Source: Camelus dromedarius (Eukaryota). From it: a stretch of 64,000 bases of DNA. The stretch covers positions 13,208,001 to 13,272,000 of the forward strand of contig NC_087437.1 of the NCBI RefSeq assembly GCF_036321535.1. Direction: 5' to 3'. A program made the position numbers and the translations under genes. Below are positions 11,836 to 24,739 of the stretch, piece by piece. The notes beneath the pieces are model-generated. The model made no database searches, was not told the origin of the DNA, and saw only the letters and a list, made by a program, of their open reading frames with translations. Position 1 is the stretch's first letter. Each line of letters starts with the position of its first letter.

Positions 11836-14269
11836 ATTCATTTATCAGTAGATAGAGTCTTGGAAAATATTTACATGACATTTCTTTTTCTCACTTTGAA
11901 TATAAATGTCCAAAAACCTTTGCCAAGATAAGAAATCTAGCTTCTCATTTTACTGCTTAGGTCAACACTTTAATGATTGGAAAGATGCTAGGAAGGGCCA
12001 CTCAGTGTAAAATGATGGCTGTCAATGGATTGCCGTTGTAAAAAGTGACAATAAGTAATAATAATCATGACTGCTAAGCTGCTAATAACTGGTAGCAGTG
12101 AGCACATTAGACAGAATGCACCCCCTAAGGTTTGGGTTTGTGGTATTCAGACCTGATCATGGTCACGCTCCAAAGAAATGTGTAGAGCTCTTGAATAGTA
12201 AAATATTTGAAAATATTTTATGTCTTTGTATGTAAGGGAATGTATGTATGGGTGCTCAACAATGAATTAACAGATATTGGACACCTACTATATTCTTTAC
12301 TGTCAGAGGCTCACAGGAGGAATTCATAAATAGCACTGAGGTGAGCAGTCTAATAAAAGGAGCAGGGAAGGGTGGTGCCTCTGTCAACTTACTCATTGGT
12401 TCTGCCTTCTTCTCACTGCCCCCCCGGATAGTGTTTTTGTTCTGGCTCGTGTTCTGGAGGACCCTCTGATAGATAGTTCTGATGATGCTCTCCATTTCTT
12501 TTATAATCTTCTTTTGTGTTTTGATCATTTTAAGTGCAGTCAGAATTGTTCATCTTCCCTATATTTTCCGTGAGGGATGTGTGTAATTTTCACGCAGAGA
12601 CGTGATCCATGGGAGGACATGAACTATTGCATCGTGCCTGGCACCAAGCCAGCTGAAGCTCCAAGGGCTGGAAGACTGGAGTCACCATACTTGAACACCC
12701 CAAGTATAAACCCCAATGCTTACCACTATTCCCATTATTCGATGAAGATTGTTAATAAACATTCAACTTCTACAAACTTAAAAGCAGAATTGAAAAAACT
12801 AGGTGGGCAAATGGAAAAAGTAGATTTCTTTCTCCAATTAACTGTCAGGAATTTGATGTTGTGTTGAAACAGGATTAAACCTTATATCCAGGCTTCAGAG
12901 TTAAGACTTTGTTTCTTTATTTTGCCTGTGCGTCTATCTAAATAGCTTTAAAGATTATACTTGCTAATTCCCCATATCTTTTTTTGCTTATAGCCTTTTA
13001 GAGTGCCTAATCAGAACTTGTAGTGGTCCCTTGGTATATAAAAGTGAGGCATATTGGAATCATTAAAAAGAATTACTGATCTAGGTTCTAACAAGTTTAA
13101 GATGTTCAGAAATTACAGAAGGTGCATTGTATTTTGTGTGTCATACAAGAAACACGGTTTTGGAAAAGACAGACAGCAAATGCCTCCTGCTTCCTAATCC
13201 TGCTCCCAGCCCCTGCCACCACACAGGTGGCTACATGGGTGCAAGAAGAGGTTTTTGTGATGTATACAAACTGCATGTGAACGTATTCCCTTGAAATGAG
13301 CTTGAAATGTTACATTGGTCTCTCTCCTGATGAGTCCCTTGGCTTCAAGGGGTAATTTCTATCTCGATACTGGACACTGGCATTTTAACGATGATGACAG
13401 AAGTTCCCTGAACTGGGAAGACCGGGAGTGCCACAATTCTTCTGTACCGTAACCATTCACCACCCTGGAGAGAGGGAGACAGATTTTTACTCCATTACTC
13501 ACTACTTTCACAGTAGGTGCAGCTGCTGCTAGGACTGGTACACTTGGTGCACTCAGTGGGTCACATTTTCCTAGTGGGTCACACTGGCTCTCGAAAGACA
13601 TAGATTTAAGAGAGAGGAAATCCTCGTTTTGTTGTATAATCCTAAGCTGAACCCTCCAGCCAGGCATACTATAGAACAGGCCACGGGGAGGGGGCTCTTT
13701 CTTGTGTATTTGCCCAGTCATTACAAAACTAGTGTTATTGTTCTATTGTTTATCACCTCATTGGCAGAGTTGGGGAATGAAGGAGATATGCCTGGCAAGA
13801 GTAATACACTAAAATCCTGGTAGCAAAGGAGAGAAGGTTTTGTTCCATTTAAACTCTTAAAAATCCTGTTGCAGTGTGGTGATGCTAATATGTCATCAAC
13901 TCTTGTGCTGCTGGCAGGCATTCTAAGTTCTATAAAGTTTTCTGTGATTCAGGAAGCCGGACTAATTTCTGTCTTCACAATGTTACCCCATAGCTACTGG
14001 GTTGGTTCTATTTTTGGTAACATAGACACTCAAAAGATGCAAACGTAATTAGAATAAGGCTCATGTTCCGGATGCATTTATGGTCTATTTGGGGAAAGAA
14101 GACAAAAGCATATAAAATAAGTAGAATACAAGGCAGGATTCATTAGTTGTCAGATGAGTAACAGAGAAAAATGTTGTCATAGTTCAAAGGGATGAGTGGC
14201 TCTTGGGAAATGGGGTGGGGAGGAGAGGGCTGATCCACAGAGGAGGGACAATAATTGATAGAATCCAGC

Positions 14270-14815
14270 TAGGCTGTTCACTCATACTATTGGTGGGAGT
14301 GTAAGCTGGTATAGCCGGTTAGGAGAGCGATTTGGCAAAATCTATCAAAATTATATATGTGCCTAATGTTCCATCTAGCAAGAGCCCTTCTTAGAGGCTG
14401 TCCTGGCAAATGTTCACGCAAGGAGGCATGTCTGAGAATGTCCACTATAGCAGTGGATGTAACTGTGTGAACTGGGAGTAATCTAAGGGAATGCGTTAAC
14501 ACATCGCCACACGACAGAATCGTATGTGGGCACAAAAAATAATCAGATCAGTCTACAGGGAACATATGGGAAAACATTCAAGACACGCTGTTAAATGAAC
14601 AAAGTCATATGCAATATGATACCACTTATGTTCAAAAAACATAAAGCAACGTGCATGAAAATGAAAATACACAGGAAAAATGGGAGGCGAGACATCAAAT
14701 TGTTGGTAGTGGATCCTTTGAGGTAAACACCTAGGATTAGGCATATATTAAAATCAGATATAAGCATTAGCTGTATGTGCATTCATATAATTAAAATTGT
14801 ATAAAACTATTTTTA
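14270..14815 (+). mobile_element. old L1M (L1ME-type) 3' fragment
   Basis: ctcatactattggtgggagtgtaagctggtatagcc..ggagagcgatttggcaaaatctatcaaaatt. Confidence 0.75.
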
Positions 14816-14939
14816 ATGACAAACTCAAATGGGCAGAAGGAGAAGCTGAAGTCTCAGGTTCACGGAGCAGAGGGTACCTGGAAGAACACTGGGGTGTGTG
14901 CCCAACTCCCAGAGCCATTCTCCGCTCCTTACTGCCCAC

Positions 14940-15580
14940 TATTCTAGTCTGGTTCCGCTCACGTTGTTGTTCTTTAAAATGCAAATGTGATTGGGTTATT
15001 CCCCTGTGTAAAATACACAAATGTGATTGGGTTACTCTCATGCTTCAAAGGATGAAGTTCAAACTCCTTAACTTGCCATCCACAGGCTTCAGATTGCCCT
15101 CTCCAGTGTTGTGCCCACTCTACACTCTCTATTCCTCCACGACTTTGCCCATCCTGCCAGGAAGATCCTCTCTGCGTCGGCCACCTAGGAATCCTCAAGG
15201 CTGTCAAGACCTCTGCAGTTTTCACGGCAGCATCACCGCTCTTTCTGTGAATTTCCATCTCCTTCCTTTTTGCCTGCTTTGTTAGCCGTGCACACTTCTA
15301 TCATGTGCATCACTTCCTTGGACTCATTTTTCTATGCCTAAACTTTAATAAACTACAATAGTTTAAATTCTTTATGGGTAGGGACTACAGTTAGCAGAAA
15401 TTTACTCATTTACTCATTCTTCCATCCAACCAACTGGGGCCCTGCTACATTCCAGGCAGAGTGCTGGGTGCGGGAGAATACAGAATTGAGGAAAACAAGT
15501 TTCCCATCCTTGAGAATTGTATAATATAAAGAAATGTAAGGGGGGTAAGAGAAAAGTCCATGATGATAACCATGGGGGAG
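14940..15580. mobile_element. L2 fragments (plus strand to ~15340, minus strand ~15405-15580)
   Basis: tttaaaatgcaaatgtgatt..aagttcaaactccttaacttggc-like; then actcatttactcattc..gtgctgggtgcgggagaatacag. Confidence 0.55.
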
Positions 15581-16544
15581 GGGCACTTCTCCAGAGAGGA
15601 CCCGGGGACACGTGCCTTTGGCTGCCTTCGTCCACGCCTCCCTTTTCCTAGTGGAGTCTGACTTTCCGGCGGGGAATGACCTCACCAGACGACAGCTGGC
15701 TTCCCCCAGCCCCAGCCCAGCAGCAGGCACGCGTTCCAAGCAAGGCCAGGCGCCCTCTTCACTCCTGTCATTGTCATCTTGAGTACGTGAGGACAAACGT
15801 TTTGGTTGCTTCCAAGCAGACTGAGGCAGCCCCGTATTGTTTTATCTCCTGCCTTGCTTCCAGCCCCAGTCTCCTGTTCCCTCCCCTCTCTGTGAGGCAT
15901 CACATGTCCAGCCATGTTTGCCTTTTTGGGGTGATTTCCCAGGGAGTCAGTTTCTGCTCTCTGTGATCCATAATCTGATCCCCTGGGCGAGGAGTGGCTG
16001 CTGTCACAGAGCAGTCAAGGGCTCACAGCCTGAGTCAGGGCCTTTGGATGCCACATAGAAGGTCTTCATGCAGTTCGGGCTTTGGGTTGCATTACAGGGG
16101 TGCAGCCCGTCTGAGGGTGACGTGGGTGGGAGCTGCTCTTCCCATTGTGCCTCACGGTTTCTTCCCTTGCCATTAGTGCGTTCTTGAAGATTCAGATAAG
16201 TAAGGAGAAGAAAAATTCCAAGGAACTGATTTCTCCATAGGCTGAATGGACTGCCTGGTTAACTGTGACAGGCCACTGATGCATGTGTCTTTTTTACAGA
16301 TAAGAATAACCTGGCGTCGGCAAGCTCATTTTGTAAGCCCTTCTTAGCTGCTAAATGTCTCTGGAATTTGGCTTTCCTGAGCAAGAACTTTTTTTTTTAA
16401 TTAGCTAGTTTATTCTTTTGGGCTTGTTTAGGGGACTAGTCAGTGATTAATACGAATATGGCCTTTAAATGCCTCAGGCATTTGATGAGATGGAAGGTCT
16501 CTAGTTGACCGCATGGTACAAGCCTCTCGCCACTACTCACTTCT

Positions 16545-17209
16545 TTTCTTTTTTTTTGGTCTATAAACTTTTATTTTATTTTACTTTAATATTATTTTAT
16601 TGAGCTATAGTCAGTTTACAATGTTGTGTCAATTTCTGGTGTACAGCATGTTTCAATCATACATATACATATATATATTCGTTTTCATATTCTTTTTCAT
16701 TATAGGTTACTGCAAGATATTGAATACAGTTCCCTGTGCTGTACAGTATGAACTTGTTTATCTATTTTATATATAGTAGTTAGTATCTGCAAATCTTGAA
16801 TTTGCAGTTTATCCCTTCCCATCCCCTTTCCCTATAAGTTTGTTTTCTATGTCTGTGAGTCTGTTTCTGTTTGGTAAATAAGTTCATTTCTCTCTTTTTT
16901 TTTCCTTTTTTAGATTCCACATACAAGTGATATTGTATGGTATTCTTCTTTCTCTTTCTGGCTTGCTTCACTTAGAATGACAATCTCCAGTTGCATCCAT
17001 GTTGCTGTAAATGACATTATTTCATTCTTTTTTTTATCACCGAGTAGTATTCCATAGTATAAATATACCACAACTTCCTTGTCCAGTCATCTGTCGATGG
17101 ACATGTAGGTTGTTTCCATGTCCTGGCTATTGTAAACAGTGCTGCCATGAACATTTGGGTGCAGGTGTTTTTTTAAATTAAAATTCCCTCTGGATATAGG
17201 CCCAGGAGT
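16545..17209 (-). mobile_element. 5'-truncated lineage-specific L1 with TSD
   Basis: Well-preserved L1 3' UTR and ORF2 end; TSD ccactactcacttct (16530-16544) / ccactgtcacttct (17210-17223). Confidence 0.9.
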
Positions 17210-17574
17210 CCACTGTCACTTCTGACACAGACAGAGAGCCTGGATCAGTGACTGCCTTACATTTCCCTTCTTTGCATTTGTACCTGAAGGTAGGACAGTG
17301 GCTGAGAATGTATATAAAGAAGTTCAAGCTTAATTAAGACTAAAAAAATAAAGCCTATACATTAGTCATTCAGTTCCTTATTAAGTGTTGCTAATCAGTG
17401 AGAATGGAAACACTTTGTTCCTTCTGAACTGCCTGTCTCAGATGCCATCCATCAAGGTTTATATCAAAGTGCTTCTCCTCTAGGAAACATCTTCCAATCC
17501 TATCTCCAACCAGGTGTTATTTTTCCTCCCCCTGAACCCCCCAATTTCCTCCACTTAATTGTCAAAGCACTTTT

Positions 17575-17750
17575 ACAGTGTTGAGGTTAAGACCTGTGAC
17601 TTCAGAGGCAGAGGGACCAGTGTTCACATCTCTGGCTCTGCTGCTGCAGTGCTGTGTGACCTTGGGAAAGCTCTCCACCTCTCTGAATCTCCTTTTCGTC
17701 TTCTGCAAAGTTGGTATCATGACTAGCTCATAGCGTTATTTTGAGACTAA
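17575..17750 (+). mobile_element. MIR SINE
   Basis: ggttaagac..ctggctctgctgct..gctgtgtgaccttgggaaag. Confidence 0.75.
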
Positions 17751-19574
17751 ATAAGAAAATAGATTTTAAAGGCACACAGTTGGTCATGTAGCAATTTAGT
17801 TCCTGATGATTGCTTTTGATAATTATTATCTGTGTGTTTGTTGTTAATAATATTATTAGTGCTCTCTTTTATAACATTTACCTGAATCTTGTTTATTTGT
17901 TTTCTCTCCCAGGAAAATATTGAAAAATTCTTCATTTTTGTGTGCTTTGTTTATCATTGTATCCTGAGTATCCAACACTGAGTAGGGCTAATGTTTGGAC
18001 AATAATTTTGTGCAAAAACTGCTGTTAGTCTATTACTCTGCCTTATGATATTGCTGTTCTGGACCTTGAGGCCAACGTTCTTTATATATGCATGCTGAGA
18101 ACCTAGCGTAGTGTTTGAAAGGGTGTAGAAATTCAGCATCTATTATTAAATGAATGAGCAAAGAAACCAAAGCTGCATTTGTCCCAATTATCCTTCTAAA
18201 TAGAAACTTTCTTGATGAGAGAGACTGTGGCTTATCTTTGTATCCATGGAACCTAAGAGGTGTCCAGTAAACATTTACTGAATTTATTCTGTTAAAATTG
18301 AGAGGAAGGATTTGTGATAATTACAGAATGGCAATGAGCTGAGTTCATTTCTGCTGGTCTTTCTATTTTCTGTCTGACTTGGTTTATTTCTAGGCTCTAT
18401 TGTGGAAACTGGCATGAGAATCCATCAACAGGAAGACAAGAGGGATTAACTCAGTTAAGTACTGGATTATTGTTCCAAGTAAGACTAAACAGCCCTTCCT
18501 AACTCCCACTCAGCCCTACAACTGCATCATGGCAGGTGGGACAAGTAAATCACACTCTGTTCTTGCTTCCTCACCCATCTTGAATTTGTTTATGCCAGTG
18601 AGAAGCAGTACCAAGGACACACCAGAAGGGGAAAATAACTCATATGAGGGTGATAGGCAGCTGGGGTGCCTGGAAGGAGCAACTGGCTTTAACTGGGAGT
18701 GGTGGTGCTATAATGGGCCGATGAGGTAAACACATGAGTCTTGGGCCCTTTTAAATACCAGCTAGTTTAGCTGTACTTTTTACCCACAAAGATTTCTCTC
18801 TGATTCTCTCTGAAGGATGGAAAGGAAGGGAGGAGTCTGACACTGAAGGGAGTTGACTGCAGCTTTCAGCGTCCAGGACAATTCCTTTGATGGCTTAACC
18901 CACAGGATGGTACTGCCTCCACCATCTGTGATTAGGACTGGCTAATGCTCTCCTGCCGAGATGACACCCAGAAGTAATCAACTATGTCCACCAGAGTGAG
19001 GAGTAGTCATTGCAAAAATGAGTTGCCTGAATTGCCTAATTTGCATTTAATGTGCAATCACTGGTTAACTCGCACCCTGACTCTCACCCCCTTGGCCAAC
19101 AGCTAGTGCGAAGTGACCTGAGCAACACAAGGACTTGGCTTGGGGTCACAATTCTCTTAGGCTCTAGGATCACTAAGAAGGTTCTTCACTAGCTGTGTGA
19201 CTTTGAAAAAGTCACTAAACTTCTCTGGTTCTTAACTGTAAATACAACGTTATACCTGCCTGAAATTGCTTGGTCTTTTGATGTCTTCTGTGACTCTCAG
19301 GTTGTCCTATCATGAAACTGCCCCAGATAGTCCACAGTAGTTGGGGGGGTGGTTAAGTGGGGGACATAATGCTGGTATTCTCACAGTTGACCCCACTCTC
19401 CTTTCAAATTTTCCCTCCAAACCTTGGTTATATATAGATGTAAACAAACATCTTGTCAGAGCCCCATGCAGGCTGATGAAAACTGGAAACTGCGGAAGGG
19501 CCTCTGAAAAGTCCTTTTTATCAGTGTCCTCTCCAGTGGATAATAGAGGAACATAAAGGAGCTTGAGTGACGAG

Positions 19575-20020
19575 TACAAGGACATTCACAGCAGCTTGCA
19601 GCAGGACAACCCCAAAGTTCATAAGAACAGACAGAAAAATCGTGATATATTAGTACAACATGATTATGAAAAGAAACAAACTTCTGACGCGTGCAACAAC
19701 ATGGGTCAATCTCACAGACACGAGGCTCTGTGCGGGAAACCAGCACAAAAGAATCCATACTGTCTGATACCGTTTATGTGACTTGAAAGAACAGGCAAAA
19801 CTAACTGACTGTGACAGGCGTTAGAATGGCGGTTACCTGGGTGGGAGAGTGGGGACTTGTTGATATCGACTTGGATATTGACTTGGACATGGGGCTGTGG
19901 AAATGTTCTGTATCTTGATCTGGTGGTGGGCACTACAGTGTTTATAGGTGTAAAAAATCATCAAGCTGTATGCTTAACATCAGTGCACAAAATTATAGAT
20001 TGTATCCTAATAAAAGTATA
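19575..20020 (+). mobile_element. L1MB/MC-type 3' fragment
   Basis: gcaacaacatgggtcaatctcacagaca..aagaatccatactgtctgatacc..aacaggcaaaactaa..ggaaatgttctgtatcttgatctgg. Confidence 0.85.
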
Positions 20021-20108
20021 TGCATGTATTTATACAGACTCATATTCAGTGATTTGGAATATGTATGTATATGCATGTAACACACAGACATAGATTTACA
20101 CATATGTG

Positions 20109-20153
20109 CTGGGAAACAAGCTGCTGGAAAACAAGCAACTGGAAAACAAGCCG
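20109..20153. repeat. 3 x 15-bp tandem repeat
   Basis: ctgggaaacaagctg / ctggaaaacaagcaa / ctggaaaacaagccg. Confidence 0.9.
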
Positions 20154-21643
20154 CACCTAAAATTTCCATGAGCTTAAAATATTGTATTCACACTTCCTTC
20201 TTAAATTGCACATGCTTGCTTTGTTTTAATGTTTTACACAGTAGATGAAATTTGTGAGGAGAAATCCTGAGACGGACCATAAGGGCATGAAGGAAGGCAG
20301 GTATTTCCTTAGGGTGAAACAATGGGTCCTGGAAAGCCAGATCACCCATTAACAGAACTTGGTTCTGGCACGAAAGCATGCTGTTTGACCCGAGGGAAGT
20401 ATCTGCTGTCTTGAGATGTCCCGGAGGCGATGACAGGATAGACTCAGAAATTTTGCATACCCCGAGGAGGGTGATTGTTCCTGGAAGGGATGGGCCTGAA
20501 ATTCATCAGTTAACCAGCAAGCAGAATTTAGTGCTCATCACACGGAACATCTAAAGCCCCACGTCTTTGATCGCATTTTTTTCGGAGCGGCATACTCCTA
20601 ATAAATATGATGTTGAGCAGGCTTTCGGGGCTCTAGATCCACGAGATCTTGAGTCCCCTGGTCCCATCTTTGCTCTTTACTTTGTCTCTTTGTTTCCTAA
20701 GTCTTGCATCGCCCGTCCTCAGATATGGTCCCCGAGCTGCGCTGGACGCAGCACATATGTGTACATATATTTGTTTTCTTTTTTGCACAGAGGAAGATGT
20801 GAAGGGAAATTAAAAGCTCTGTCTAGTGAACCAGTCCCACAGCAGTGTTACCATCGATGAGGTGGCGTTTGGATTTAGATGCCTGAAGTCTAGATTATGT
20901 TTATGGTTATTAGGAAATTATTTCTGAGGAAGGTGAACCCCTACTAAATTACTAATCAGTCTCTGACTGGTGATTCTGAAGGTAGAAAATGAGTCAAATG
21001 GAATTTATTTTGACAGGACCAAATCGTATTGACATCTCAGTAACGGCCTCTGACCTCATTAGTTAGCACAGGAAAGATTACAGTAAATGATTAATCACTA
21101 AACTCATTCAGAATCATCTTTTTAAAACATGGAATCCTTGTACTAAAAACACAATAAAGCCCATTAATTAGAAGGCAGTGAATGCCTCTTTTTTTTTAAA
21201 AATTATTTGATTTAATTTATTTTTGACTCATAAATTAAGGCCAAAGATAAAATTATTATTATCAGAGGTGTATTTTTTTAATCTTTCAAAAGGTATATTG
21301 ATCTGGAACTTTCCCATCCTCCTCTACTTTCTGAAGGAGCACAGAGCAAAAGAGAATAAGGATGCTTTTTCTCAAGGGGAATATTTTGTAGAAACGCTAA
21401 GAAAACCACAATGTATTTTCCCAGTAAGAGCCTTTTGCCATTTGAACCTCAGATTAATGTTAAACTCATTGCATAGCCACAAGGAAAGGAACCATAATTA
21501 CATTGAGGTTACGGTGCAAGGAAATAAAACTGATTTTAGAATAATTCTTCATTGTTCTTTGGTAGAAAAAGAACTTCAGAGGGGATTCAACCCCACCCTC
21601 GTTTTAAGTTGAAGCTAGTTGCTTGCCCGAGGTCACCCTGTTA

Positions 21644-21790
21644 CACTGCTTCTCAAAGCATCTTTCTGGGACCGGCAGCATCGGCATCATTCTGTTTCCA
21701 CTCCAGACCAACTGAATCAGAAATTCTGGACATGGGACTCAGCAGTTTGCTTTAAGCCCTGCAGGTGAGTCTGACACAGCTGAAACTTCT
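21644..21790. mobile_element. MER5A-like MITE
   Basis: cactgcttctcaaag..ggaccggcagcatcggcatca..ccagaccaactgaatcagaaattctgg..caggtgagtctga. Confidence 0.75.
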
Positions 21791-22619
21791 CCTTGCTGGA
21801 AGCCATATTTTCCATAACTCTTAGTGAGAAAGCCAGGAATAGAGCCGAGTAGAAAACTGAAACTCATTCCTGATCACTACTTACACAATCTCAGAAAATC
21901 TCCATCATTCGTATTACATTAATGTGGCCTATGCGGGGAGCGGGGCTCCCCATATTAATAACAATAGGACTGTAGGCAAAGGTCAAGTGACTTAATTTTG
22001 CGAGACATTTTTAGATTTGAGAATTGCACCTTTATTTTAGTGGTTTTTAAACTGGAATACTCACTGCTTACAAGTATTTCTTATGCAACACACGCAGGCT
22101 CCTCTGGAGATCTAAGATGTTTACTCCCAGCACAATTCGCAAATCACTGATTATGTGATCCTTGGATGTCTGCAGGCCAAAACCCTTGTCTTCCTTTGGG
22201 TCTCTCTCAGAACCCACAAATAGGGACCAGACAGGTGCCCAGAATAAGCGGAAAACAAGTAGCAAATTCGCTGATAACCAGGAACCACAGGCCCCTTGAA
22301 AGGGGACAGCTCTTCCTCACCTCCGGCCAGTTGGTGCTGCATTGGAATACAGACCCAGGAGTTGTCAAATCTTCCAATTTTTCATAGAAACCAGAAATCT
22401 AAATTTTTTAGGGAAAGTTCCTGGTTTTTTAAAGGTTAGCAATAAATCCATATTTGTAAACACCATGCATGCCAAAGGCAATGCTTGCGTGGGCCATCAG
22501 CTCTTGACCTCTATTACAGAACACGTGACATATTGTGAGCGCATGATGACCAGACTTGCCCAGGGAGCACGGTCTACGGCAGGTAGTTGTCAACTTTGAC
22601 AGCATGACTGTCATCTGGG

Positions 22620-22966
22620 GGGATGTGGGGAGGGGGGGCGCTCCAGGCTGTGGCTGGGCTCCGCTCTGCCCTTCCATGTGTCTCATGTGCATCACATGTT
22701 AAAGGGACAGGCAAGACCAGGGAGAAACTATTCTTGTGATTATGACATGTAAGAGGGAAGAAAACTCTGTCCCCAGGCACATCTCAAGCCTCTGATCACA
22801 TCATGTCTGCTAATATCTCATCAGCCAAAATAATTCACACACCCAAGCCCAGACTCAAGGTGCAAGGAAAAATACCTCATTCACCAGGAGAGCATTGCAA
22901 AGATATATGTATAGGATTCTGTTTCAGGAGAATGAAGAACTCAGACTACAAATTCAGTCAGCCACA
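22620..22966 (-). mobile_element. MLT1 (MaLR) LTR
   Basis: catcatgtctgctaatatctcatcagccaaa..cccaagcccagactcaagg..gccaca end. Confidence 0.7.
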
Positions 22967-23049
22967 CAACTCTACTCCATAATGATCTCAAAGCCAGCTC
23001 TGTGTAACTCACAAAACAACATCAACCAGTTCAAAAACCACACGTGGAA

Positions 23050-23185
23050 TCCAATCATCTTGTTTCACAAATGGGAAAAGCTGAGATTTAGAGAGATCAG
23101 GGACTTCCTCGAGGCCATATAGCCAGAGGCGGGTCTAGAAGCCTGTTGAGCTGACTCTGAATTCAGGAGTTTCTCCACCACACTG
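23050..23185 (-). mobile_element. MIR fragment
   Basis: ttcacaaatgggaaaagctgagatttagagag..gacttcctcgaggccatatagc. Confidence 0.65.
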
Positions 23186-24739
23186 TAATAGGTCTACCTT
23201 CAAAGAACGTCCTGGGTTACTTGAATGACGCAGCAACATTGTGAAAATAATTTTGAATATACTGAGCTGTCTTTTTTGCTAGTGAGTCTAGAAGTCTATT
23301 TAATACAGAGACAGGAAGATGGCCTGAGCACAGGGCAAGTGATGGGGCCACGTTCCTCCAAGGTCTGGCATTTAGTGGCAGCGTAAACTTGCACAGTGTT
23401 TGCTTTTAAGCATCTTATCTCATAGTTGTCAAACAGGATAATAATGATGCCCGCAGAGGGTTGTCGTGAGAATTAAACGTCTGATACTCAAAAACTGTGA
23501 GTTCTTTTCCCTTTTTGAATCGTTCAGTTGACCAGGGCTATGCCTTCCCTTCTTGTCCCCTGTGAGGAAACTGCTATCCTGTTTGGGGGGCGTACCTTCC
23601 TTACTGAGGATGTAAATATTACTGGGGGAAGCCTAACCAATTCTCTATGTAGCAAAGGGCAAAAATGTCAATCAGCTCAATCCTCCAGGTTTTTCTAGGA
23701 TGAAATTTCCTAAGATAAAACCAAAATCAAAATGACTGCTTTGAAGTCAAAATCCAAGATATAATATGTGTTTAGTAATCATTGTAATGGGCGGCAAAAC
23801 TCAAAAGTCTAATTTATTCTGCAGTGGAATGCTTAAAGGCCATTTGGTCAGCAGGGTGCTTACTGGGGATGTAGCTGGTCTGCTTCCTCCAGTTCTTCCT
23901 GATGGTCAGCTGGGATAATGAGATCCTCTGCGACATGCTTGTCTTACTTGAAGGCCTTATCTCCTTGCACTGCTCTTTTATCTTGAAGCAAGTACTTGTC
24001 TTGCCATGAAAACACACCCACTATTCATTAGTCTGTCAAAATATCTATCAGCATTGGGTTGCCTTTGAGAAGCAAATGCATAATTTGTGGAAAGAAAATA
24101 TATTCTTAAAGTATTTTTCCATAGCTTCTTTCTGCAAGCATTTTGATAAATGTAATTGTGTTTATATTCCCACCAACTAGGTGTAGTGACTTAAATTATC
24201 TGGTGGTTAAAATATTTTATGAAAATCACTCTATTGATCAAAATAGAAGCTATGATAGAAATTCCTATAGATACGTTTTTTCAAATACAAATATATGTCT
24301 CAATATTTTGCAAATGCTCATATATCCTGGCTAGTTCTAGCATCTGCTGCCCTGAATGATGTAGTTCAAATATAATTCATCTTCTACCTGAAATCCATTT
24401 TTTTTTTCTTTCAGCTCAATAATAGAGCTTCACAGAAGGTTGGGTAAAAGGTTATCCAGAGAGTTGTTGAATATAGAAAATATTTACAACTCTAAAGACA
24501 CTCTCTTCCATTGTTTGTGTTATAGTGAAAGTGGAGGTCTATTAAGAAATTCGAGGAGGGAAGGTTTGAGTCAGTTTTCAAAGCTTCTGGCACTTTCTGC
24601 ACCTCCAAATTCACGTGTCCTCATCTCCACTCACTTATGTGATGCCTTTGTTAGCTCCGCAGGACACATTTACCAGAACATTCCTACTGGTATTCCATGA
24701 TTATGAATAACAAAAGGGCTGCTGCCTTGCAAGCTACTT

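Noticed and set aside
13555..13583. Direct repeat AGTGGGTCACA x2
   Set aside because: Short local duplication with no evident function
14797..15285. Longest ORF (162 aa)
   Set aside because: Overlaps L1/L2 relics and a local duplication; no recognisable domain
15590..15760. Possible CpG island
   Set aside because: Only a short GC-rich patch with modest CpG content; too small for an island promoter
21852..21864. ISRE-like GAAAACTGAAACT
   Set aside because: Isolated one-mismatch motif with no supporting context
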